This document shows positions 42,200 through 57,643 of a DNA stretch of 64,000 nt, piece by piece. The DNA is taken from positions 26,598,001-26,662,000 of the forward strand of contig CM052839.1 in assembly GCA_028534125.1 (NCBI GenBank). Reading direction: 5' to 3'. The stretch is from Lama glama. Its lineage: Eukaryota. The notes beneath the pieces are model-generated. The model was given only the letters and a program-made list of their open reading frames with translations. It ran no database searches and was not told the DNA's origin. Position 1 is the first letter of the stretch; each line of letters begins with the position of its first letter. A program made the position numbers and the translations under genes.

Positions 42200-42464
42200 G
42201 CGGACTACTTCATCCACCCGCCGCAGCAAATAAACACGTGTCGCAAAAAAACTACAACACCCGTGAAGCTTTAGCGTCTGACAAGCCGAGGGGTGGTGCT
42301 AGTTTAGGCTCTCTCGCGAGGAAACTAAATCTAACTACCATTCCCGGCGGGCGCTGCGGCTGCAGGTTATCCAATCAGCTTTAAATAAAAAGCGTCGCGA
42401 GTTTTCGGTGAGACTTGGCTCTATAAGCTTGCGGGAACAGACCTCCGAAACCCTTTTCACGAAG
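42200..42464 (+). promoter_or_regulatory. RPL23A promoter with TCT/5'TOP initiator
   Basis: ZNF143-type ACTACA/ACTACCATTCCC motifs (~42251, ~42334), TCTCGCGAG (42312-42320), CCAAT (42371), TATAA (42422-42426), the pyrimidine tract CCCTTTTC at 42451-42458, and a YY1-type AAGATGGCG over the ATG. Confidence 0.8.
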
Positions 42465-45457
<2,993 letters not shown>

Positions 45458-46044
45458 ACTCAGTCCAGCTGGCTAATTCTAAATAGAAAAATTTTTACTA
45501 TATGCTTCTTGTCTTTATGTTGATTTCTGGTTGGTCTGGGGGAGGCCATACTGTGATATATACACACCTAAGTAAATAACAGGGCTTGGGCAAGATACTT
45601 GGTTTGCTTATTGTGTTGTAACATTCAGCCCTATCACCTCACCGAATTTATAGCAGAGATACTTATGACCCACATTAGGATTAGTTGTCCTAGGACAACT
45701 GTCTCCGTCATAGAGGTAAAAAAGAAAACAAGAAGCTTTACAAGAACACCTTTATCCCTGGAAGAGATCCGCAGTCTTCATTAGCATCCATTTCAGGGCA
45801 GTGTGGGTTGGGTGCACCTTTCCCAACACCCATCTACCATGCCCAACCAGTCTGTCTGCTTCCTTCACCCCTTGTCCAAGAAAGAACAAGAACTTCAGAG
45901 GAGTGCTTTCATTAGGGTTTGCAATAGCGGGTGAAGAGGCTGGCCCCAGAGGATGCCTCCGGCAAGGGGCTAAGTCTTCATTTATGTGTGGGGCTGTTAT
46001 TGGCTGTGTTTGCTGTCCTTGCCACAAGTTCCCAGCTCTGCTTT

Positions 46045-47604
46045 TCATTCAGTCAAGAACTTGTCTTTGTGTTGCTGGCTGGGAACACGGTTAGGGCAAA
46101 AGTCAGAGCGGAGAAGGCGGGAAAAGTAGATGAGGATCATGACATCCAGCAAGAGCAAGATGCTCAGCAGAAAGGTTCCCAGGGTCCTCTGGCCAGCATA
46201 ACCCAGGAAGTAATGGGTAAGGTAGGCCTGAGGGGCCAGGCGGAAGAGAAAGTACATGACCAAGTTGACATATTTGTTCACCCGATAGAGGAGGAGATCC
46301 TGGGCATTGTTGATCTTCATCATCATTCGTATAGTGAGGAAGATGTTGCTGACCTCCACCAGCAGTGTTAGGACGCCCCCACCAACAAATCTTTTCCAAA
46401 AGATGCCTGAAAAGAAGGCACCCATGGCCTACAATGCAAGGGAGAGAACGTGTTAGGGAATTCACATGCCAAGACTTCAACTGGAAAGTTGGGGAGAATA
46501 TCAAGGCTACCGGTTTAAGGGCTAGGAAGTGCTCCCCTATTTGCTTTCTTCTGGGAAGAGTTTACAGTGGATTCAACACCATTTTGATCCCTGCCCAGAG
46601 GTTCTTGGTCTGGGTGGAGTTTCCAGTCTAAGGTGAGGCCTTGATTGCTGGCCTCAAATAGTGAATCAAGGGCACAGACCGTCAACCTAAGGCATTCTAG
46701 TATGAGAAGATGTAGGGCGTCATTGGAGTGGCGTTGAAAGATGGCCTATACCTCCCAGGTTCAAAAAGACAGGGCTGAGACTAGGTTGCTAGCACTAAGC
46801 CTATACAATATCCTCTGCTTCTCACTTACCATGACATGGTGGACAAGGTATTCCCAAGAAGCTCGTGCCTGATGGCTAATCAAGATATCCACGGTGTCGT
46901 GGATGAAATACCCTAGGGGAGGGGTGGGGGAAGAGGTATTAAGGGGACTGAACAAACTTATCCCTGTCCCCCCACCTATTTAATGTTTCCTGGGCAAGAC
47001 CCACCTGTGGAGAAGCAAACGAGCAGATAGCCAGAAAGCGACCATGCTGTCTCAATTTCCACCAGCATCTCAGGGGTCTGCCATATACTGGGAGGGAAGA
47101 AGGTAGGTGCTCATCATCTCGGTATCCCCAAGGACGCACAACTTCCCCCATTACCCTTGCTAGTCCCCGGGGAGACTGGGCTGACGCTATTGGCTGACTG
47201 CGGAGCTCGGAGGAGAGCGGCTTAAACCCAGGTGTCTCCCATTTCCTAGGTGAGACACCTCCCCCCTCCCCTGGGGCTGCTGCAGTTCCTGGTTGGACAG
47301 CATTCTAAACTGGGAATCAGGTGAGACTGCCTGGGCCTCAGCCCGCTGGTGAGTGATGCGGCAAGTAATGCGGGATCCCCTAGCCTTCACTCCCCCAGTC
47401 CTTCACTCACCACAGCAGTGCCCAGATCCCTGACACAATGGAATGAGTGAAGGAGACGAGCAGGTTGTGCCAGCGCCAGGTGCGCAGGGCGTCGGTGCGC
47501 ACGTGTGCAGGCAGAGGCAGGCGACAGAGCGTGTGTCGGAGCGCCCGGAAGGTCAGCGTGGCGCCCAGGAGCAGCAGCAGGACGGGGAGCGGCGTTGGGG
47601 GCAT
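46045..47604 (-). CDS. TLCD1: TLC domain-containing protein 1 (calfacilitin), 247 aa
   Basis: Exons (-): 47604-47411, 47087-47005, 46912-46830, 46428-46045; sum is 744 nt. Contains TLC motifs GYFIHDT, WEYLVHH and LLVEVSNIFL, with multiple transmembrane segments. Confidence 0.96.
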
Positions 47605-48600
47605 GCTGGCCCTCCCTGCCTTCTACCTGTCCGCCCTCTAGGCGGCCTCCGCGGGCTGTTCGGGAACGGGGCTCCCTCTCGGGCCAGTTCACCCCAGACG
47701 CCTCTCCCGCCGGCCGCCAGCCTCACACACGGTTTCCGCGGAGCCCTGTAGGCCCCTTCTCCCCTCCCGTCCCCTCCCTGCCGGCCTCTGCCCCCGCCCC
47801 CAACCGCCCGCGCCCCCGCCCCGCCTCCGCCTGTCCCCGCCCCTCCAGCGCCTCTGTAGCTCAGAGGGCGCAAGCGGCGTTTCCCGGGGGCCCCTGGGCC
47901 CTGCCGGGCTCTCGCGGACTTCAGGGTAAGGCGGCTGTCCTAGGGGCGCCGCCACCGAGCCATCCCTCGCTGGCGCCTCCCGACTGCCGACGGAGTCCTG
48001 CTCGCTCACTTCGTCTCGTTAACCCGCACCCTAACTTTTTCTGGGGGTCCAGACTCCCCTGCCTGGGCAGGTACTGAGAGAGCTTTCTCTCCGCCCTCAA
48101 CTCCCTTCTGGGCAGAGCTGGGCGTGACCCGTCACACACCCACGTCTTTTAATCCCTGGTGCTGGGGACGGGCCGGTGCCCAGCTTCTGACAGTGATCTC
48201 CATTTGGACCCTGTTCTTGCACTGGATCACTAGTTTCTTCAGGCGAGAGACGAGTATGTTTACCTGCCTCTACCGCGTTCCGCACCGAGTCAGTGCCTAG
48301 AAACTGTCGACTAACCCATCACCGCCCCTTCTCCCAAACTCTTATGCTCCTGGGGCCGAGCGGCAGTCACAGTCCTCCCTCAGACAGTCCCAAGGTCTAT
48401 TCTCCCTGCTCCCTGGAGGCTGGGGCAGGCCCAGGCTACTGGGGTGACCCTCACTCTGCAGGCCGGCGGCCTGGAGCAGTTGCAGATCGCAGCCACTAGG
48501 TGTCAGCCTGTCCTCACTGTGGCGCCAAATCCCTCCCGCCGCCGAAAAAACAAGGTGGTTGGTTGCGGAGAGTTAGCCAGATTCCGCGAACGGAAGGGCG
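47400..48600. promoter_or_regulatory. CpG island (TLCD1 promoter) with clustered GC boxes
   Basis: CCCCGCCCC repeats at 47790-47845 and dense CpG. Confidence 0.75.
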
Positions 48601-49889
48601 GTGAAGAACCGAGGGCAGGGGTAAAGGAGATGGGGGTAGTTGAGGCAGAGGGGTGAGGAGGTTCTACAAAAGGGAGGAAAAGCCAGAAGCCTGAGGCGCC
48701 AAGCAGTTTGGGTGTTTGCTCTGCCTCCCCGAAGGCTCCAAGGTTACACATTAACCCCTGTGGGGCTCCTGGGTCAACTAAGGTTTCTAGGTGAGAGCAC
48801 GGAGTGTCCCGGCTGAGCAGCTTTCTCCCTCTAGGCTCCCCTTTGCTCACAGGGTAGCTTTGTCCGCCAGCCACACCAGCCTGAGCCAGCGACCGAGGGG
48901 CCCTCACAGGGCCCTTCCAGCAGTCATTCCACGCGGATAGTATAGGCACCCTTTCAAGGGACAGGGTGGGAGCAGAAGATAAACAGCCCTTTCCTCATAT
49001 TCCTCACCCACTCAGAAATAGGGACGCTAATCACCATCCTTCCTGCTTCCTTAACTAAGCTTTTATGGAGCTTGTGAAGATCAGGAGGCGCCGGGAGACA
49101 CCTGGAATTAAACTTACTTCCGGTCAAGATCTTAGACATTGGTACTAACCAGCCCCCTACCTCTGGGCAGAAGCCTTGAACCTCTATACCCAAATGACTG
49201 TCTTTCCTCCTCTCCCCGACGCTTTCAGGTAGTGGTCCACTTCCCTCCCATTGTCCCCCAAGGAGGTCCTCCCTAGTTGAGTGCTGTAGGAGGCAGCGTT
49301 GTATGTGTGCATCGGGGGAATTATGGGTGTTGAAGAGCGCGGTGCTCGCTAGTCGGGACAGCCTGGAGATCGTGTTACGTTCTCCCTAGGTGAATCAACT
49401 TGCACAGCTCAGGGTTTCCCCGGTCCCTCCCTAGGCAAACACGAAACTAATCCTGCACCCTGCCCCCACAGACCGAGAGCGCCGACGCTCTCGGTTGTTT
49501 TAGTAGTGTTTATCGTTTGCGTGCCAATGAGAATCTGCCCTCTCCTTCGGAAACGGCGTCACTAGTGGGCAAAGAAGGGGAAAGAGAGAAGTCGATCCTC
49601 TTTTCCCAACCTTACTCGGCCTGCGCGGAGAACCCTTCTGGTCTAAAGGAGATTTGCGAGGGCCGGATGCGGCCACATTTAAGTGGCTGGTACTGTGTTG
49701 GCCTTTACAGAGCGCGCCAAGAAATGGCATATCGCCCATTTCTTGAACCCTGTTAGACTGACTGCAGATTCGGGCTGCAAGAACCGTGCAAATCAGCCAA
49801 GACAGATGAGAGGTGGAATCAACACCTAGCTCCACTTGCTCCACCCCGCAATTATTTTACAGTACAGGGGGCGTGGCTCCAGGGAGGGA

Positions 49890-49940
49890 GGGTCCGCGCA
49901 CGCGCCGCGTCTAGGCTTGTCGGGGTTCCGGAAATGTGAC
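49890..49940 (+). promoter_or_regulatory. NEK8 core promoter elements (NRF1-like and ETS)
   Basis: GCGCACGCGC at ~49896-49905 and CCGGAAAT at 49928-49935, within a CpG island just upstream of the ATG. Confidence 0.55.
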
Positions 49941-49953
49941 TCTGAGAAATGAG

Positions 49954-52900
49954 ATGGAGAAGTACGAGCGGATCCGAGTGGTGGGGAGAGGTGCCTTCGG
50001 GTGAGCCAGGGCTCTGGGGGAGGAAATTGCTCGGGGAGAGAGAATATAAGCCCCAACTCCGACCGCGAAATCACTGCCCGCTTAGCCCCGCCCTGAGGCG
50101 TGAGCGCCCACGGTGGGAAGCCCCGCCCAGGCTTCCGGTCCTGGTCGAGGTTGGGAAACTCCGCCTCCAAAGAGGTCACGCCCCCGGCCAGCCTTTTGCG
50201 CCCACGGCAGAGTTCTGTTCTTTGATCCTGACTTCTTCATTCAACAAATACTGAGCGGCAACTATATGTGTCTGGCTCTCGGTGCTGGGTATATAGCTAA
50301 GACCAAAATAGGCTTGGTCCTTTCCCTCTCAGAACTTACAGACTATAGGAAAGTTATACAAGAAACAGAACATTGTTAAAGAAGTGATTAAGAAACTTTG
50401 AGAATAGAGTACGACACCAGGGAGCATTTGTTTGTGGTGGTCAGGGAAAATTTCTCTGAGAGGTGAAGTTTAACGCCAAGACTTGAGGAATGAGGACCAG
50501 AATTCTGAAGAAGGCAGAGCTTTTCAGGCGGAGGAAATAGCTTATGCCAAAGTCCTCACATGGGAAAGAATTCAGAATATTCAAGAATTGAGAAAAAGTC
50601 CAATGTAGTTGGAAAGTAGCAAGCAACGTAAAGAATGGAATAGAATGTGATTGTCACAGAGGGTGGGAACCAGATTATGGCCTTGCAAGCTGGAGTAAAG
50701 GAGTTGGATTTATTTGCAGTGTAAAGGAAACAGGTTTAAGCAAAGGCATGATCTTGATATGATTTGTATTTTTTTAGGTTTTTTTTTTTGAGGGGGGAGG
50801 TAATTAGGTTTATTTATTTGTTTATTTACTTTTTAGGGGAGGTACTAGGGATTCAACCCAGGACCTCATGCATGCTAAGCATGTGCTGTATCACTTTGAG
50901 CTATACCCTCCCCCTGATTTGCATTTTTAAAATGTCACTCTGGCTGCTGTGCGGAATTTAGATTTGAGGGTGACAAGAGTGAAAGCGACCATTCAGAGGC
51001 CAGTGCAGTATTCTAGGCAAGAAATGATTTGGGCAAGGGTTATAGTACAAGATACAGAGAGAAATGGGTAGGTTCACAGTATCTTGGAGGTAGAAACAGG
51101 ATTTATTAATGTGTTAGTGTCAGATAGAGGAAAGATTCTGGCATAATTTCCAGATGTCTGACTTTAATAACTGGGGGACGGTGGTATCATTTACTGATAC
51201 GGAAGAAACTGAGGAAGGAAAGGTTTTGAAGGCAGGAATCAGGAGTTTTTATTTTGAACTTGTTAAAATTTAGGATGCTTGCGAGCCATTCAGGTAGAGA
51301 CGCAATGCAGGTAGTTGGATATGTAAGTCTGAGGCTCAGAGGAGAGGTCTGAGCTAGAGATATACATTTAATACTTAGATGATCATCTTATAGTCCATCA
51401 TTCAGCAGATATTTCTTGAGCTCCTACTACGTGCTGGGGTATGCACTAGGCTATGCAGTGGGGCTATAGTGGTGAACGAGAAAGAACAAAAGTCTTCTTA
51501 ATAGACACTGACTACAGAGTTGGAAGGAAATAATAATATAAATGGCTTCCACTCACTGAGTATTTTTGATGTGCTGGGCACTGTGCTAAGTGCAGTCCGT
51601 GCATTTTCTCGTTCTATCTTCTCAACAACCTTGTGAGATTGATCCTATTTTCCAGATCCTGAGGCTACATAATTTAAGACCAGATAACTAGTAACAGGAG
51701 GAGTCAGGATTTGAACCCAGGCAGTTAACTCCAGAGTCTGTGGGGACTTACAGAGCCCAAAACAACTTTACCTCATTGTGCCTGGGGTGAAACTGAGTCC
51801 CAGATGAGTTCAATGACTTGCCCAAAGTGTCACACAATTTGTGGTCAGTTCTCCTCATTCCTAAACTCAGCGTTCTGTGCACTTACTTAGATGACCTCTT
51901 AGTTTAGGTGCTCATTGCCCTCTCCTAAGGAAAACCCAGTCACCAGGTCTGCCCTGCCTGATAGGTGGTTGGAGGCTCAGCTGGTACCCACTCCTATATT
52001 CTCTGTCCTCAGGATCGTGCACCTATGCCTGCGCAAGGCTGACCAGAAGCTGGTAATCATCAAGCAGATCCCAGTGGAGCAAATGACCAAAGAAGAGCGG
52101 CAGGCAGCCCAGAACGAGTGCCAGGTCCTCAAGCTGCTCAACCACCCCAATGTCATTGAGTACTACGAGAACTTCCTGGAGGACAAGGCCCTCATGATCG
52201 CCATGGAATATGCACCAGGTAGGCCAGCCTCCTTGCACTGGCCTAGCTGCACCTCTGGGACAGGCAGGCACTGATCAGCTTGGAATGGGCTTGGCTGAGG
52301 GTCAGAGGTATAGAGTTCCGACCCCAGTTGTGTGTCACTAGTAGGGCCTTGCCCTGTCTGGGCCTTTGATTTCATATAAAGGAGAGTCTTAGGCATGGAA
52401 AACCTCGATCTTAACTAGTCTCTTGTGACTGCAGGCGGCACCCTGGCTGAGTTCATCCAGAAGCGTTGTAATTCCCTTTTGGAGGAGGAGACCATCCTGC
52501 ACTTCTTTGTGCAGATTCTGCTGGCGCTGCATCATGTACACACCCATCTTATCCTGCACCGGGACCTCAAGACCCAAAACATCCTTCTAGATAAACACCG
52601 CATGGTCGTCAAGATCGGTGACTTCGGCATCTCCAAGATCCTTAGCAGCAAGAGCAAGGCCTATACGGTGCCTGGGCATGGAGGGGACCGTAACGGTGCT
52701 GGAGGTTTTGAGGGCTGAGGCCAACTCTACATCCCTATCCCCACCTCATTCCCACACCCAGGACCTTGGCCCCTTAGCTCCTGGCTGCAGAAGGAAGCAC
52801 TTTTGTCTGCTTTAGGGAGAATCTATCTCTAAGTAGGGTTGTGGGCAGAGCCTTGGTCCTCCCACCTCCAGGCTGAAATACTAGCTTCCCTCCTGCAGGT

Positions 52901-55900
52901 GGTGGGTACTCCATGCTACATCTCCCCTGAACTGTGTGAGGGCAAGCCCTACAACCAGAAGAGTGACATCTGGGCCCTGGGCTGTGTCCTCTATGAGCTC
53001 GCCAGCCTTAAGAGGGCCTTTGAGGCTGCGGTGAGTAAGCTTCACCAAGGAGACAACTGGGAAATCTCTACCTCTACCTCCTCCCCCCTGAAGTGCTTGG
53101 CACCAAACACTTCTGTGTTTCTTCTGTGGCTGAGTTATCTCTCTCTTATCAGATTAGTGGGTTACCCCACTCTGGGTCTGTGGCTTCCCTCAGACTATGG
53201 GTTCCTGATGGTGGGCCTTGGGTCCCCCCATTAAACTGAGGGCTCCCGAGGGCAGGGCCCTCCCATCAGATTAGGGACCTCCAAAGGGCAAGACTTGAGT
53301 TCTCCCAACAACCTGGGATTTCTGAGGACATAGCTGCAGCTACCCTATCAGGTTCTTAAAAGCAGGATTTGGCTTCCCTGTCCTTCTGGGAATCCCCTCA
53401 CTAGAAAAGGCTTCTGACTGCAGGGCTATGACCACCCAAGGCTAGGGGCTGGGGCTGGGGCTGGAGCTGGGGGGTGCTACTGTTTAAGAGCCTGGCCTGA
53501 GGTTCTGGCCAGTCCCACATTGGTGCCTTCACAGAACCTGCCAGCACTGGTGCTGAAGATCATGAGTGGCACCTTTGCGCCCATCTCTGACCGGTACAGC
53601 CCTGAGCTTCGCCAGCTGGTTCTGAGTCTGCTCAGCCTGGAGCCCGCACAGCGGCCACCGCTCAGCCACATCATGGCACAGCCCCTCTGCATCCGTGCGC
53701 TCCTCAACCTCCACACCGACCTGGGCAGCGTCCGCATGCGGAGGCCGGTGCAGGGAGCGGGGAAGGGGGCCCTGGGCAGCAGCAGGGTGGGGAGCATAGT
53801 AGGCCTGGGGCAGAGGGGCGCGCATGGCAAGCCCTCCATTGCTGCGTGTGGGAATGCCAAGGAGGGTCCTTGTCCTGAGGTCCCCATCTGTCCCGCAGGG
53901 CAGAAAAGTCCCTCGCCACCGGGCCACCGATGGCCCCTGGCAGCACAGGGAACAGGACCACCAGCGCCCGTTGCAGGGGTAAGTCGGGACGACCGCCCGG
54001 GTTCCCAAGGAGGCTATGGCATTCCCATCAGTTTAAAAGGCCTGATGAGCTGTCCCTGCAGGCGTCCCTCGGGGACCCACACGGCCTGCCATTCCGCCGC
54101 CGCTGTCGTCGGTGTACGCGTGGGGCGGTGGGCTCAGCGCTCCGCTGCGGCTGCCAATGCTCAACACAGAGGTGGTCCAGGTGGCAGCCGGGCGCACGCA
54201 GAAGGCCGGCGTCACGCGCTCTGGGCGTCTCATCCTGTGGGAGGTGAGCCGGTTGGAGTGTGCCTGGAGGGAAGGGGACGCGGGTCTGGGGCAGGGGGCT
54301 GGGGGCGGCGTGTCAGGAGCCGGGCGCTCAGGCGCCGGCCCCGCCCTCTCGTCTCCCCTCGCAGGCCCCGCCCCTAGGCGCCGCAGGGGGCTCCCTCCTT
54401 CCAGGAGCAGTGGAGCAGCAGCAGCCCCAGTTCGTCTCCCGTTTCCTGGAGGGCCAGTCAGGTGTGACCATCAAGCATGTGGCCTGTGGGGACCTCTTCA
54501 CAGCCTGCCTAACTGGTGAGCCAGTCACGGGACTACCCTGTGGAGACCCCGCTATAAGAAGGCCTTCCAGAGCAACTTTCCTCGTTGCCCGTCGTTTGCA
54601 AACTACTCACTTAATAATGCGTCTGTCCACCAGGGGTGCTCTACTTACACATTCTTCTTTAGCTTCACAGCAGGCCTGGCAAAGCAGTTACATTATCCCC
54701 ATTTGACAGATCCGGAAACTAAAGCTCAGAGGCTGTCACTTGGGAAGAAAGACCCCTGTCCCTTTCTCCCCGTTCCCATTCTTCCAGCCCTTGCGTGCAA
54801 TTAAATTTTCTTGTTCCTCCAGCCCAAGGTTGCACTGGTCTGTCTGGAAACAATCTAACCTCTCTTCTTCCTCTCTTCTTTTCCTTTCCTCACTGTCCCC
54901 CTCTCTAGACCGAGGCATCATCATGACCTTTGGCAGTGGCAGCAATGGGTGCCTAGGCCATGGCAGCCTCAATGACATCAGTCAGGTGGGTGCTGCGTGT
55001 ACTTTGGGGAGGAGGAAGTGGGGAGATGGCAAGGAGCCCAAATCTGAGAGCTGACACTGAGGTCAGGGGAATACCCAGCAGCCACAGGTCCCTCTAGCTC
55101 CCAGGCTGCACCTGTTCTGGGCAGCATCGGGGGAAGTACAGAAAGACCAGGCTTCCTCACTGGTTGCAGTGGCGGGTAGGGGGGATTTAAAGAGACAGCC
55201 ACCTTCCTGAGACTGCAGTCTTCAACTTCATCCCTACAGGGGATGTTGAGGCCAGGTGGCTACTCCAGGCCCCTTGCCCACAGTCTACCCTTGCTTCCTC
55301 TCTTTCTAGCCCACCATTGTGGAGGCCCTGCTGGGCTATGAGATGGTGCAGGTGGCCTGTGGGGCCTCTCACGTGCTGGCCCTGTCCACTGAGAGAGAAC
55401 TGTTTGCCTGGGGCCGCGGAGATGGTGGTAAGCTTTCACTCTGTTTCAGCCTCTGGCTCCGTCTCACAGTACCCCTCAGCCACAATTTGTTCTTCACAGC
55501 CATCTTCTACCCCATGGCCCATTCTCTCTTCCCTCTTTTCACTGTAATTCCATTCATTTATTAACTCAAGAAATCTTTATTGCACACCCATTATGTGCCC
55601 ACTTTGTGCTGGGTGCTGAGACAAGATAAACAAGATGTCTTTTCCTTCAGGTGCTCATGATGTAATGAGAGGGATTTGACTCGTCCAGCAGTATCTGTTG
55701 TGGACCTCTCTGGGTCAGGAATCAGGCTGGGCATTGAAACTAGAGATGACTTAGATGGGGTTCCTCTCCTCCTAGAGGACTGTTTCTAGATGGAGGAGGG
55801 ATGACACTTCCCCATCATGATAGAGGACAGACAGCAGCAGGCCTCCCCACAAGGTCCAGAGGTGTGGGAACCCAAGGAATGGCAAGGAGCTCCACCTGGA

Positions 55901-57643
55901 GGAGACAGATGTGGCATCTAAACAGGGCCTTAAAGGAGGAGTAGGATTTTGACTCACGGAGGGGCCAAGGATGGGCATTTCAGTCTGAGGAATAGCCTTC
56001 ACTCATGCTGTTACTTCCTCTCCATGGGTCCTTCTTATCCTGGCATCACCAACCCTAAAGCTCAGTCTAGTCCCATCCTGGTTTCTCCTTGTAGGCCGGC
56101 TGGGACTGGGCACCAGGGAGTCCCACAGCTGTCCCCAGCAGGTACCCATGCCCCCAGGACAGGAAGCACAGCGGGTTGTATGTGGTATTGACTCCTCCAT
56201 GATCCTCACTGTGCCTGGCCGAGCCCTGGCCTGTGGGAGCAACAGGTAAGTAGATGCATGTTGATGAGCAGCCTGCCCCCCGCCCTCCCCAGCTGCCAGT
56301 GCTCAGTCATTGCCTATCTCCCATCAGGGATAAGAACTGAGGTGGGGTTGAGGGTGCTGGGTTCAACCCAAGGTGGGATTTGTCCCCTGGTGCACAAGCT
56401 CCTGCTCAGATAAGTAGGGGCGAGGACAGTCTGTATAAACTGGACTTGGCTTCTGGCTCTGTCCTCAGGTTCAATAAGCTGGGTTTGGACCACCTCTCCC
56501 TGGGGGAGGAACCTGCTCCCCACCAGCAAGTGGAGGAGGCCCTAAGCTTCACACCACTAGGTTCTGCACCCCTGGACCAGGAGCCCCTGCTGAGCATGGA
56601 CCTGGGCACTGCTCATTCAGCTGCTATAACTGGTGAGCAGGACGTGGCACAGGAGGTCAGAGGTGGACTTTCCTGGCTTCCTTGGGTCCTCAGTTGAGGC
56701 ACCCTTTTCTTCTTTTCCTCTTCCCCTATAGCCTCTGGTGACTGCTACACTTTCGGCAGCAATCAGCATGGGCAGTTGGGTACCAACGCTCGCCGGGTCA
56801 GCCGGGCCCCTTGTCAAGTCCAAGGCCTCCAGGGCATCAAGATAGCGATGGTGGCCTGTGGGGATGCCTTCACTGTAGCCATTGGGGCAGGTGATTAGTG
56901 GGCACTATGGGGGCAGATAGGAGCGTGCGCAGGCCCATGGGCAATGGTGGGTGATGCTCAGGGCTGCTGTACTCAGCAACCTCATGTTGGGGCTAGTATG
57001 GCAGTCTAGGAGGATAGCTACTTACTAACCTATGTCCTTCTCCCATTTCCCTCCTTGGGATTCTCTTTGGCAGAAAGTGAAGTGTACTCTTGGGGCAAAG
57101 GGGCCCGAGGTCGACTGGGAAGGAGGGATGAGGATGCTGGACTCCCGAGGCTAGTGCAGCTGGATGAGACACACCCCTACACAGTGACTTCTGTGTCCTG
57201 TTGCCATGGAAACACACTCCTAGCTGTTCGCCGTGAGTTATAACTTCACCCTCACCCACACAAGGGTTAATCCAGCTGGCCTCTGTCTGCACTCCCATCT
57301 TCAGTGGTCACAGCCCAAATTACTAAAACCATCTTCAGCCCCCAGAAAGCAAAAACTGTGGGGCAAAAGTGAGCCCCTGGGGTGGACAAGGGTGGGTGCT
57401 TCTTGAGCCTCATTGAAGGGCTGCCTCCACTGCTCACCAGGGCCCAAATGCATTCTTTCTTCTCCAACTCTCAAGTTCAGTTTAGTGTGAACCTCTGTTT
57501 CTGGCCTGGCAGGATCCAGAGTCTAGGGCCCCGTGTGGGAACTGAGGTAGTTGAGTCTTGCTGGGGGCACTGCCCTCTGGGAAGCTGCAGGGATTTCTTA
57601 TTTGTATTCTCCAGCCATCACAGATGAGCCAGTCCCACCCTAA
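49954..57643 (+). CDS. NEK8: NIMA-related kinase 8 (kinase + RCC1 repeats), 698 aa
   Basis: Exons 49954-50000, 52013-52218, 52435-52667, 52899-53030, 53535-53743 (GC donor), 53899-53978, 54062-54243, 54365-54515, 54909-54985, 55310-55427, 56095-56245, 56469-56632, 56732-56890, 57074-57232, 57615-57643; sum is 2097 nt. Motifs [17 protein letters not shown] and GTPCYISPE, plus RCC1 repeats (VACG...FGSG..GCLG). Confidence 0.97.
50235..51420 (-). mobile_element. L2 LINE fragments in NEK8 intron 1 (host of the SINE)
   Basis: TTCATTCAACAAATACTGAGC start and TCACTCTGGCTGCTGTG, GGTATCATTTACTGA, GTAGTTGGATATG.AAGTCTGAGGCTCAG; typical L2 motifs. Boundaries are approximate. Confidence 0.7.
50774..50914 (-). 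mobile_element. tRNA-Ala(AGC)-derived SINE, camelid (vic-1-like)
   Basis: The minus strand reads GGGGGAGGGTATAGCTCAAAGTGATACAGCACATGCTTAGCATGCATGAGGTCCTGGGTTGAATCCCTAGTACCTCC plus an A-rich tail. 14-bp TSD TGATTTG(T/C)ATTTTT at 50760-50773 and 50915-50928. Confidence 0.88.

Noticed and set aside
45931-46371. 146-aa plus-strand ORF antisense to TLCD1 exon 4
   Set aside because: Antisense shadow of a real coding exon, with a non-ATG start.
50840-50914. tRNA-Ala-like sequence as a tRNA gene
   Set aside because: It is the head of a SINE with a tail and TSD.
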